Source of the DNA: Dendrobates tinctorius
Taxonomy: Eukaryota
DNA length: 64,000 nt
Direction: 5' to 3'
Assembly (NCBI RefSeq): GCF_039654945.1
Contig: NW_027361681.1
Location: 3,720,001-3,784,000 of the forward strand
The notes below the pieces were generated by a model. The model was not told the DNA's origin. It saw only the letters and a list, made by a program, of their open reading frames with translations, and did no database searches. The position numbers and the translations under genes were made by a program. The stretch's first letter is position 1; the number at the start of each line of letters is the position of its first letter. This document shows positions 52,111 to 64,000 of the stretch, one piece after another.

Positions 52111-55100
52111 AGCTCAGCAGAGATATTATACACGATAGGATTAGATACACAGCTCAGCAGACAGTATCCCACAGGAGAGGATTAGATACACAGCTCAGCA
52201 GACATTATCACACAGGATAGGATTAGATACATGGCTCAGCACACAGTATCACACAGGATAGGATTAGATACACAGCTCAGCAGACAGTATCACACAGGAT
52301 AGGATTAGATACACGGCTCAGCACACAGTATCACACAGGATAGGATTAGATACACAGCTCAGCACACAGTATCACACAGGATAGGATTAGATACACGGCT
52401 CAGCAGTCAGTATCACACAGGATAGGATTAGATACACGGCTTAGCAGTCAGTATCACACAGGATAGGATTAGATACACAGCTCAGCACACAGTATCACAC
52501 AGGATAGGATTAGATACACGGCTCAGCAGTCAGTATCACACAGGATAGGATTAGATACACAGCTTAGCAGTCTATCACACAGGATAGGATTAGATACACG
52601 GCTCAGCAGGCAGTATCACACAGGATAGGATTAGATACTCAGCTCAGCAGTCAGTATCACACAGGATAGGATTAGATACACAGCTTAGCAGTCAGTATCA
52701 CACAGGATAGGATTAGATACACAGCTTAGCAGTCAGTATCACACAGGATAGGATTAGATACTCAGCTCAGCAGTCAGTATCACACAGGATAGGATTAGAT
52801 ACACAGCTCAGCAGTCAGTATCACACAGGATAGGATTAGATACACAGCTCATCAGACAGTATCCCACAGGATAAGGTTAGATACACAGCTCAGCAGACAG
52901 TATCCCACAGGATAGGATTAGATACACAGCTCAGCAGACAGTATCCCACAGGATAAGATTAGATGCACAGCTCAGCAGACAGTATCACACAGGATAGGAT
53001 TAGATACACAGCTCAGCAGACAGTATCACACAGGATAGGATTAGATACACAGCTCAGCAGTCAGTATCACACAGGATAGGATTAGATACACAGCTCAGCA
53101 GACAGTATCACACAGGATAGGATTAGATACACAGCTCAGCAGACAATATCACACAGGATAGGATTAGATACATGGCTCAGCACACAGTATCACACAGGAT
53201 AGGATTAGATACACAGCTCAGCACACAGTATCACACAGGATAGGATTAGATACACAGCTCAGCAGACAGTATCACACAGGATAGGATTAGATACACAGCT
53301 CAGCAGACAGTATCACACAGGATAGGATTAGATACTCAGCTCAGCAGTCAGTATCACACAGGATAGGATTAGATACTCAGCTCAGCAGTCAGTATCACAC
53401 AGGATAGGATTAGATACACAGCTTAGCAGTCAGTATCACACAGGATAGGATTAGATACACAGCTTAGCAGTCAGTATCACACAGGATAGGATTAGATACT
53501 CAGCTCAGCAGTCAGTATCACACAGGATAGGATTAGATACACAGCTCAGCAGTCAGTATCACACAGGATAGGATTAGATACACAGCTCATCAGACAGTAT
53601 CCCACAGGATAAGGTTAGATACACAGCTCAGCAGACAGTATCCCACAGGATAGGATTAGATACACAGCTCAGCAGACAGTATCCCACAGGATAAGATTAG
53701 ATACACAGCTCAGCAGACAGTATCCCACAGGATAGGGTTAGATACACAGCTCAGCAGACAGTATCACACAGGATAGGATTAGATACACAGCTCAGCAGTC
53801 AGTATCACACAGGATAGGATTAGATACACAGCTCAGCAGACAGTATCACACAGGATAGGATTAGATACACAGCTCAGCAGACAATATCACACAGGATAGG
53901 ATTAGATACATGGCTCAGCACACAGTATCACACAGGATAGGATTAGATACACAGCTCAGCAGTCAGTATCACACAGGATAGGATTATATACACAGCTCAT
54001 CAGACATTATCACACAGGATAGGATTAGATACACGGCTCAGCAGACAGTATCACACAGGATAAGATTAGATACACGGCTCAGCAGACTGTATCACACAGG
54101 ATAGGATTAGATACACGGCTCAGCAGACAGTATCACACAGGATAGGATTAGATACACAGCTCAGCAGTCAGTCTCACACAGGATAGGATTAGATACACGG
54201 CTCAGCAGTCAGGATCACACAGGATAGGATTAGATACACAGTTCAGCAGACTATCACACAGGATAGGAGTAGATGCACGGCTCAGCAGACAGTATCACAG
54301 GATAGGATTAGATACATGGCTCAGTAGACAGTATCACACAGGATAGGATTAGATACATGGCTCAGCAGACTATCACACAGCATAGGATTAGATACACAGC
54401 TCAGCAGACAGTATCACATAGGATAAGATTAGATACACAGCTCAGCAGTGTCACACAGGATAGGATTAGTTACACAGCTCAGCAGCCAGTATCACACAGG
54501 ATAGGATTATATACACAGCTCAGCAGACAGTATCATACAGGTTAGGATTAGATACACGGCTCAGCAGACAGTATCACACAGGATAGGATTAGATACACGG
54601 CTCAGCAGACTGTATTACACAGGATAGGATTAGATACACGGCTCAGCAGACAGCATCACACAGGATAGGATTAGATACACGGCTCAGCAGACAGTATCAC
54701 ACAGGATAAGATTAGATACACGGCTCAGCAGACAGTATCACACAGGATAGGATTAGATACACAGCTCAGCAGTCAGTATCACACAGGATAGGATTAGATA
54801 CTCAGCTCAGCAGTCAGTATCACACAGGATAGGATTAGATACACAGCTCAGCAGTCAGTATCACACAGGATAGGATTAGATACACAGCTCAGCAGACATT
54901 ATCACACAGGATAGGATTAGATACACGGCTCAGCAGACAGTATCACACAGGATAAGATTAGATACACGGCTCAGCAGAGTGTATCACACAGGATAGGATT
55001 AGATACACGGCTCAGCAGACAGTATCACACGGGATAGGATTAGATACACAGCTCAGCAGTCAGTCTCACACAGGATAGGATTAGATACACAGCTCAGCAG

Positions 55101-58100
55101 TCAGTGTCACACAGGATAGGATTATATACACAGCTCAGCAGACAGTATCACACAGGATAGGATTAGATACACAGCTCAGCAGTCAGTATCACACAGGATA
55201 GGATTATATACACAGCTCAGCAGACATCACACAGGATAGGATTAGATACACGGCTCAGCAGACTATCACACAGGATAAGATTAGATACACGGCTCAGCAG
55301 ACTGTATCACACAGGATAGGATTAGATACACGGCTCAGCAGACAGTATCACACAGGATAGGATTAGATACACGGCTCAGCAGACAGTATCACACAGGATA
55401 GGATTAGATACACAGCTCAGCAGTCAGTCTCACACAGGATAGGATTAGATACACAGCTCAGCAGTCAGTATCACACAGGATAGGATTATATACACGGCTC
55501 AGCAGACAGTATCACACAGGATAAGATTAGATACACGGCTCAGCAGACAGTATCACACAGGATAGGATTAGATACACAGCTGAGCAGTCAGTCTCACACA
55601 GGATAGGATTAGATACACGGCTCAGCAGTCAGGATCACACAGGATAGGATTAGATACACAGTTCAGCAGACTATCACACAGGATAGGATTAGATGCACGG
55701 CTCAGCAGACAGTATCACAGGATAGGATTAGATACATGGCTCAGTAGACAGTCTCACACAGCATAGGATTAGATACACAGCTCAGCGGACAGTATCACAT
55801 AGGATAAGATTAGATACACAGCTCAGCAGTGTCACACAGGATAGGATTAGTTACACAGCTCAGCAGCCAGTATCACACAGGATAGGATTATATACACAGC
55901 TCAGCAGACAGTATCATACAGGTTAGGATTAGATACACGGCTCAGCAGACAGTATCACACAGGATAGGATTAGATACACGGCTCAGCAGACTGTATTACA
56001 CAGGATAGGATTAGATACACGGCTCAGCAGACAGTATCACACAGGATAGGATTAGATACACAGCTGAGCAGTCATTGTCACACAGGATAGGATTAGATAC
56101 ACGGCTCAGCAGTCAGTATCACACAGGATAGGATTAGATACACAGCTCAGCAGTCAGTATCACACAGGATTAGATACACAGGTCAGACAGTATCACACAG
56201 GATAGGATTAGATACACAGCTCAGCAGTCAGTATCACACAGGAGTGGATTAGATACACAGCTCAGCAGACAGTATCCCACAGGATAAGATTAGATACACA
56301 GCTCAGCAGACAGTATCACACAGGATAGGATTAGATACACAGCTCAGCAGACAGTATCACACAGGATAGGATTAGATACACGGCTCAGCAGACAGTATCA
56401 CACAGGATAGGATTAGATACACGGCTTAGCAGTCAGTATCACACAGGATAGGATTAGATACACAGCTTAGCAGTCAGTATCACACAGGATAGGATTAGAT
56501 ACACAGCTTAGCAGTCAGTATCACACAGGATAGGATTAGATACTCAGCTCAGCAGTCAGTATCACACAGGATAGGATTAGATACACAGCTCAGCAGTCAG
56601 TATCACACAGGATAGGATTAGATACACAGCTCATCAGACAGTATCCCACAGGATAAGGTTAGATACACAGCTCAGCAGACAGTATCCCACAGGATAGGAT
56701 TAGATACACAGCTCAACAGACAGTATCCCACAGGATAAGATTAGATACACAGCTCAGCAGACAGTATCCCACAGGATAGGGTTAGATACACAGCTCAGCA
56801 GACAGTATCACACAGGATAGGATTAGATACACAGCTCAGCAGTCAGTATCACACAGGATAGGATTAGATACACAGCTCAGCAGACAGTATCACACAGGAT
56901 AGGATTAGATACACAGCTCAGCAGACAATATCACACAGGATAGGATTAGATACATGGCTCAGCACACAGTATCACACAGGATAGGATTAGATACACAGCT
57001 CAGCAGACAGTATCCCACAGGATAGGATTAGATACACAGCTCAGCAGACAGTATCACACAGGATAGGATTAGATACACAGCTCAGCAGACAGTATCACAC
57101 AGGATAGGATTAGATACTCAGCTCAGCAGTCAGTATCACACAGGATAGGATTAGATACTCAGCTCAGCAGTCAGTATCACACAGGATAGGATTAGATACA
57201 CAGCTTAGCAGTCAGTATCACACAGGATAGGATTAGATACACAGCTTAGCAGTCAGTATCACACAGGATAGGATTAGATACTCAGCTCAGCAGTCAGTAT
57301 CACACAGGATAGGATTAGATACACAGCTCAGCAGTCAGTATCACACAGGATAGGATTAGATACACAGCTCATCAGACAGTATCCCACAGGATAAGGTTAG
57401 ATACACAGCTCAGCAGACAGTATCCCACAGGATAAGATTAGATACACAGCTCAGCAGACAGTATCCCACAGGATAGGGTTAGATACACAGCTCAGCAGAC
57501 AGTATCACACAGGATAGGATTAGATACACAGCTCAGCAGTCAGTATCACACAGGATAGGATTAGATACACAGCTCAGCAGACAGTATCACACAGGATAGG
57601 ATTAGATACACAGCTCAGCAGACAATATCACACAGGATAGGATTAGATACATGGCTCAGCACACAGTATCACACAGGATAGGATTAGATACACAGCTCAG
57701 CAGTCAGTATCACACAGGATAGGATTATATACACAGCTCATCAGACATTATCACACAGGATAGGATTAGATACACGGCTCAGCAGACAGTATCACACAGG
57801 ATAAGATTAGATACACGGCTCAGCTGACTGTATCACACAGGATAGGATTAGATACACGGCTCAGCAGACAGTATCACACAGGATAGGATTAGATACACAG
57901 CTCAGCAGTCAGTCTCACACAGGATAGGATTAGATACACGGCTCAGCAGTCAGGATCACACAGGATAGGATTAGATACACAGTTCAGCAGACTATCACAC
58001 AGGATAGGAGTAGATGCACGGCTCAGCAGACAGTATCACAGGATAGGATTAGATACACGGCTCAGCAGACAGTATCACACAGGATAGGATTAGATACACA

Positions 58101-61100
58101 GCTGAGCAGTCATTGTCACACAGGATAGGATTAGATACACGGCTCAGCAGTCAGTATCACACAGGATAGGATTAGATACACAGCTCAGCAGTCAGTATCA
58201 CACAGGATTAGATACACAGGTCAGACAGTATCACACAGGATAGGATTAGATACACAGCTCAGCAGTCAGTATCACACAGGAGTGGATTAGATACACAGCT
58301 CAGCAGACAGTATCCCACAGGATAAGATTAGATACACAGCTCAGCAGACAGTATCACACAGGATAGGATTAGATACACAGCTCAGCAGACAGTATCACAC
58401 AGGATAGGATTAGATACACGGCTTAGCAGACAGTATCACACAGGATAGGATTAGATACACGGCTTAGCAGTCAGTATCACACAGGATAGGATTAGATACA
58501 CAGCTTAGCAGTCAGTATCACACAGGATAGGATTAGATACACAGCTTAGCAGTCAGTATCACACAGGATAGGATTAGATACTCAGCTCACCAGTCAGTAT
58601 CACACAGGATAGGATTAGATACACAGCTCAGCAGTCAGTATCACACAGGATAGGATTAGATACACAGCTCATCAGACAGTATCCCACAGGATAAGGTTAG
58701 ATACACAGCTCAGCAGACAGTATCCCACAGGATAGGATTAGATACACAGCTCAACAGACAGTATCCCACAGGATAAGATTAGATACACAGCTCAGCAGAC
58801 AGTATCCCACAGGATAGGGTTAGATACACAGCTCAGCAGACAGTATCACACAGGATAGGATTAGATACACAGCTCAGCAGTCAGTATCACACAGGATAGG
58901 ATTAGATACACAGCTCAGCAGACAGTATCACACAGGATAGGATTAGATACACAGCTCAGCAGACAATATCACACAGGATAGGATTAGATACATGGCTCAG
59001 CACACAGTATCACACAGGATAGGATTAGATACACAGCTCAGCACACAGTATCCCACAGGATAGGATTAGATACACAGCTCAGCAGACAGTATCACACAGG
59101 ATAGGATTAGATACACAGCTCAGCAGACAGTATCACACAGGATAGGATTAGATACTCAGCTCAGCAGTCAGTATCACACAGGATAGGATTAGATACTCAG
59201 CTCAGCAGTCAGTATCACACAGGATAGGATTAGATACACAGCTTAGCAGTCAGTATCACACAGGATAGGATTAGATACACAGCTTAGCAGTCAGTATCAC
59301 ACAGGATAGGATTAGATACTCAGCTCAGCAGTCAGTATCACACAGGATAGGATTAGATACACAGCTCAGCAGTCAGTATCACACAGGATAGGATTAGATA
59401 CACAGCTCATCAGACAGTATCCCACAGGATAAGGTTAGATACACAGCTCAGCAGACAGTATCCCACAGGATAGGATTAGATACACAGCTCAGCAGACAGT
59501 ATCCCACAGGATAAGATTAGATACACAGCTCAGCAGACAGTATCCCACAGGATAGGGTTAGATACACAGCTCAGCAGACAGTATCACACAGGATAGGATT
59601 AGATACACAGCTCAGCAGTCAGTATCACACAGGATAGGATTAGATACACAGCTCAGCAGACAGTATCACACAGGATAGGATTAGATACACAGCTCAGCAG
59701 ACAATATCACACAGGATAGGATTAGATACATGGCTCAGCACACAGTATCACACAGGATAGGATTAGATACACAGCTCAGCAGTCAGTATCACACAGGATA
59801 GGATTATATACACAGCTCATCAGACATTATCACACAGGATAGGATTAGATACACGGCTCAGCAGACAGTATCACACAGGATAAGATTAGATACACGGCTC
59901 AGCTGACTGTATCACACAGGATAGGATTAGATACACGGCTCAGCAGACAGTATCACACAGGATAGGATTAGATACACAGCTCAGCAGTCAGTCTCACACA
60001 GGATAGGATTAGATACACGGCTCAGCAGTCAGGATCACACAGGATAGGATTAGATACACAGTTCAGCAGACTATCACACAGGATAGGAGTAGATGCACGG
60101 CTCAGCAGACAGTATCACAGGATAGGATTAGATACATGGCTCAGTAGACAGTATCACACAGGATAGGATTAGATACATGGCTCAGCAGACTATCACACAG
60201 CATAGGATTAGATACACAGCTCAGCAGACAGTATCACATAGGATAAGATTAGATACACAGCTCAGCAGTGTCACACAGGATAGGATTAGTTACACAGCTC
60301 AGCAGCCAGTATCACACAGGATAGGATTATATACACAGCTCAGCAGACAGTATCATACAGGTTAGGATTAGATACACGGCTCAGCAGACAGTATCACACA
60401 GGATAGGATTAGATACACGGCTCAGCAGACTGTATTACACAGGATAGGATTAGATACACGGCTCAGCAGACAGCATCACACAGGATAGGATTAGATACAC
60501 GGCTCAGCAGACAGTATCACACAGGATAAGATTAGATACACGGCTCAGCAGACAGTATCACACAGGATAGGATTAGATACACAGCTCAGCAGTCAGTATC
60601 ACACAGGATAGGATTAGATACTCAGCTCAGCAGTCAGTATCACACAGGATAGGATTAGATACACAGCTCAGCAGTCAGTATCACACAGGATAGGATTAGA
60701 TACACAGCTCAGCAGACATTATCACACAGGATAGGATTAGATACACGGCTCAGCAGACAGTATCACACAGGATAAGATTAGATACACGGCTCAGCAGAGT
60801 GTATCACACAGGATAGGATTAGATACACGGCTCAGCAGACAGTATCACACGGGATAGGATTAGATACACAGCTCAGCAGTCAGTCTCACACAGGATAGGA
60901 TTAGATACACAGCTCAGCAGTCAGTGTCACACAGGATAGGATTATATACACAGCTCAGCAGACAGTATCACACAGGATAGGATTAGATACACGGCTCAGC
61001 AGACAGTATCACACAGGATAAGATTAGATACACGGCTCAGCAGACTGTATCACACAGGATAGGATTAGATACACGGCTCAGCAGACAGTATCACACAGGA

Positions 61101-62372
61101 TAGGATTAGATACACGGCTCAGCAGACAGTATCACACAGGATAGGATTAGATACACAGCTCAGCAGTCAGTCTCACACAGGATAGGATTAGATACACAGC
61201 TCAGCAGTCAGTATCACACAGGATAGGATTAGATACACGGCTCAGCAGACAGTATCACACAGGATAAGATTAGATACACGGCTCAGCAGACAGTATCACA
61301 CAGGATAGGATTAGATACACAGCTGAGCAGTCAGTCTCACACAGGATAGGATTAGATACACGGCTCAGCAGTCAGGATCACACAGGATAGGATTAGATAC
61401 ACAGTTCAGCAGACTATCACACAGGATAGGATTAGATGCACGGCTCAGCAGACAGTATCACAGGATAGGATTAGATACATGGCTCAGTAGACAGTCTCAC
61501 ACAGCATAGGATTAGATACACAGCTCAGCGGACAGTATCACATAGGATAAGATTAGATACACAGCTCAGCAGTGTCACACAGGATAGGATTAGTTACACA
61601 GCTCAGCAGCCAGTATCACACAGGATAGGATTATATACACAGCTCAGCAGACTGTATTACACAGGATAGGATTAGATACACGGCTCAGCAGACAGTATCA
61701 CACAGGATAGGATTAGATACACAGCTGAGCAGACTGTATTACACAGGATAGGATTAGATACACGGCTCAGCAGACAGTATCACACAGGATAGGATTAGAT
61801 ACACAGCTGAGCAGTCATTGTCACACAGGATAGGATTAGATACACGGCTCAGCAGTCAGTATCACACAGGATAGGATTAGATACACAGCTCAGCAGTCAG
61901 TATCACACAGGATTAGATACACAGGTCAGACAGTATCACACAGGATAGGATTAGATACACAGCTCAGCAGTCAGTATCACACAGGAGTGGATTAGATACA
62001 CAGTTCAGCAGTCAGTATCACACAGGATAGGATTAGATACACAGCTCAGTAGGCAGTATCACACGGGATAGGATTAGATACACAGCTCAGCAGTCAGTAT
62101 CTCACAGGATAGGATTAGATACACGGCTTAGCAGACAGTATCACACAGGATAGGATTAGATACACGGCTTAGCAGTCAGTATCACACAGGATTAGACACA
62201 TGGCTCAGCAGACTGTATCACACAGGATAGGATTAGATACATAGCTCAGCAGTCAGTATCACACAGGATAGGATTAGATACACAGCTCAGCAGTCAGTAT
62301 CACACAGGAGAGGATTAGATACATGACTCAGCAGTCAGTATCACACAGGATAGGATTAGATACACAGCTCAG
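52111..62372. repeat. 41-bp satellite, ~250 units, with higher-order structure, filling CDC26 intron 1
   Basis: Period 41; diagnostic variants recur at offsets 738, 2038 and 5820. Confidence 0.98.
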
Positions 62373-62453
62373 GAGACCTGGTAGGGGTAGTTATTTTCTA
62401 GTTGTAGTACTCTGCTGTATACTAACAGCTCTTCCCTCTCTGTAGTTTATAAG

Positions 62454-62534
62454 ATGCTGCGCAGGAAGCCCACCCGCCTCGAGCTGAAGCTGGACGATAT
62501 TGAGGAGTTTGAGAACATACGGAAAGACCTGGAG
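62454..62534 (+). CDS. CDC26: CDC26 (APC12) first coding exon [27 protein letters not shown]
   Basis: Hallmark CDC26 N-terminus; acceptor AG 62444-62445, donor GT 62535. Confidence 0.97.
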
Positions 62535-62934
62535 GTGAGAAAAGTAGAATTGTCCCCCCCCCCCCCCGATCCTCTCCCTCTGACGGATAATGCACTGTAT
62601 ACTGTCACCCTATGGTGGGGAGAGGTCACTGCAGAAATTGATTTTTGGATCTGAGAACAATTAAGGCGTTCGTTATATTGTACATAACACTTCTAGTATA
62701 TTTTATTTCAAATCACCACTGTGTAAAATATTTGTGCTTCTTGTCATGAATGGAAACTTCATTTCTAGTGGTGTGTTACAATTGTATATGGTCTATCTCA
62801 GACAATGCTCTGTGATCGCAGACTGATACAATGTAACAAACTGTCAGGGTAGGGGAGAGGAGATTGTCCACAATGGATACAGCCACTCAGCTGTGAAAAT
62901 TATTTATGTTATCATGGGGTCATTTTCGCTGCAG

Positions 62935-63111
62935 AGTCGGAAGAAGCAGCGGGAGGAGGTGGACCTGTCATCCAGTGAACCAGACGCTACCGCAGTCCCC
63001 CTCAGCACCGACACAAAGACGCGAGAGCAGACTATACACGATAGGATTGGGTACAAGCCACAGCCGAAACCCAACAGTCACACAACACAGTTTGGAAACT
63101 TCGAGTTCTAG
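62935..63111 (+). CDS. CDC26: CDC26 last coding exon (total 85 aa)
   Basis: AG 62933-62934; REQTIHDRIGYKPQPKPN...QFGNFEF*. Confidence 0.96.
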   Translation, partial: SRKKQREEVDLSSSEPDATAVPLSTDTKTREQTIHDRIGYKPQPKPNSHTTQFGNFEF

Positions 63112-63288
63112 CATCTGGGGGCTCCAGCAATCAAGACTTTGGGGTCCCATTGATGGAGGGGCTCCTGGAACAGACATGAACAATGTGCATCAATTTCACC
63201 TGTAACCTGCAGCTCATGGGTTTTTTTTTTTTACTTTATTACTTTTGGAGAACTGGGGATTGTATGTGAAAATTGGATTTATTAACCT

Positions 63289-63294
63289 AATAAA
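63289..63294 (+). terminator. CDC26 polyA signal candidate
   Basis: AATAAA ~180 nt after the stop codon. Confidence 0.55.
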
Positions 63295-63847
63295 ACAGGC
63301 AAAATGTTGCAGAATTTGGACCCCAGGGGGGATGTATGGAGGGGAAAGGGGATTTTAAAGAAATTTAAAAGAAAATTAAATATGCAGGCTTCAAGAAGTT
63401 ATTAGTGGCATAACCCTTTAAAAAAAATATTTTAACACCTATCTTTGAGGTGCAATTGCTTGCCACCCCCATTGTCAGCCATTACCAGAGAGCATCCATA
63501 GGCCTAATGAAGGTGGTTATTCAGTGCAGACATGGAGCTTGATTAAAGTGACAGTCCTCCCTATGAGCCCTCATCTCACCGTGTCTCCTTGTCCTCCTAC
63601 ACTTCTAGTTACCAGGGTTAGTATGATGCACAACAGACCAATCCTTATGTAACTTAGAAAAAGCTGCATTCACTTTGCATGGGCTCATATTCAGACTGGA
63701 GCATGATGGTAACAAATTCTGATGACCCGAACTACCAACTATGGGAGGATCAATGATGATAGTTTTGGTCATTAAACTCAGAAAACATAATACAAGCTAT
63801 ATAAATCAGGAATGAATTATATTGTAGTTTAATAGCACTTGATGTTA

Positions 63848-64000
63848 GGGTGTGTGGATTCTGCTGCGAAATTTTCCTGGCGGATTTGTCTAAATCCGCA
63901 GGTCAAAAGACCTGCCGTTTATCTGTGGATTTGCCTGCGGTTTGACACCTGTCATGGAGCAGGCGCCAAACCGCTGCGGAATCTGTGCAAAGAAGTGGCA
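63848..64000. mobile_element. Harbinger-type MITE (same family as 14023-14370), truncated by the window edge
   Basis: Shares GCGGATTTGTCYAAATCCRCAGGTCAAAAGACCTG and GAGCAGGYGCCAAACCGCTGCGGAATC. Confidence 0.75.

Noticed and set aside
52111-62372. CRISPR-like periodicity
   Set aside because: Eukaryotic head-to-tail satellite with no unique spacers and no cas genes

Overview
Vertebrate DNA, most likely a frog (inferred from the repeat landscape; species not determinable). Gene order and orientation match the human 9q32 block: the 3' end of WDR31 (+), RNF183 (+), a complete 14-exon PRPF4 (-; 13 coding exons reconstructed with GT-AG junctions, 506 aa) and CDC26 (+; 85 aa). PRPF4 and CDC26 share a small ETS/YY1 bidirectional promoter. 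Two extra intronless RNF223/RNF183-family RING-TM genes (-) lie between WDR31 and RNF183. The rest is dense with mobile DNA: four Tc1-family elements, a Tc2/pogo-type element, Harbinger, hAT, Kolobok-T2 and piggyBac-type MITEs, a Helitron end, a structurally complete DIRS1 retrotransposon, a self-priming Tf1/sushi-type chromovirus, Penelope-type hammerhead remnants, and large tandem arrays (41-bp, 26/33-bp, 81-bp and others). Most notable are two diverged non-coding insertions in PRPF4 introns (46355-47345 and ~29130-30360). Both have ~415-bp tandem units plus a 5' inverted copy (Penelope/retrozyme architecture; 14-bp TSD at the first). Their main conserved part folds by hand into a covarying HDV/CPEB3-like pseudoknot rather than a hammerhead, suggesting a candidate 'delta-ribozyme retrozyme' family. 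That fold is a manual prediction with non-canonical features and needs covariance-model and in vitro testing.
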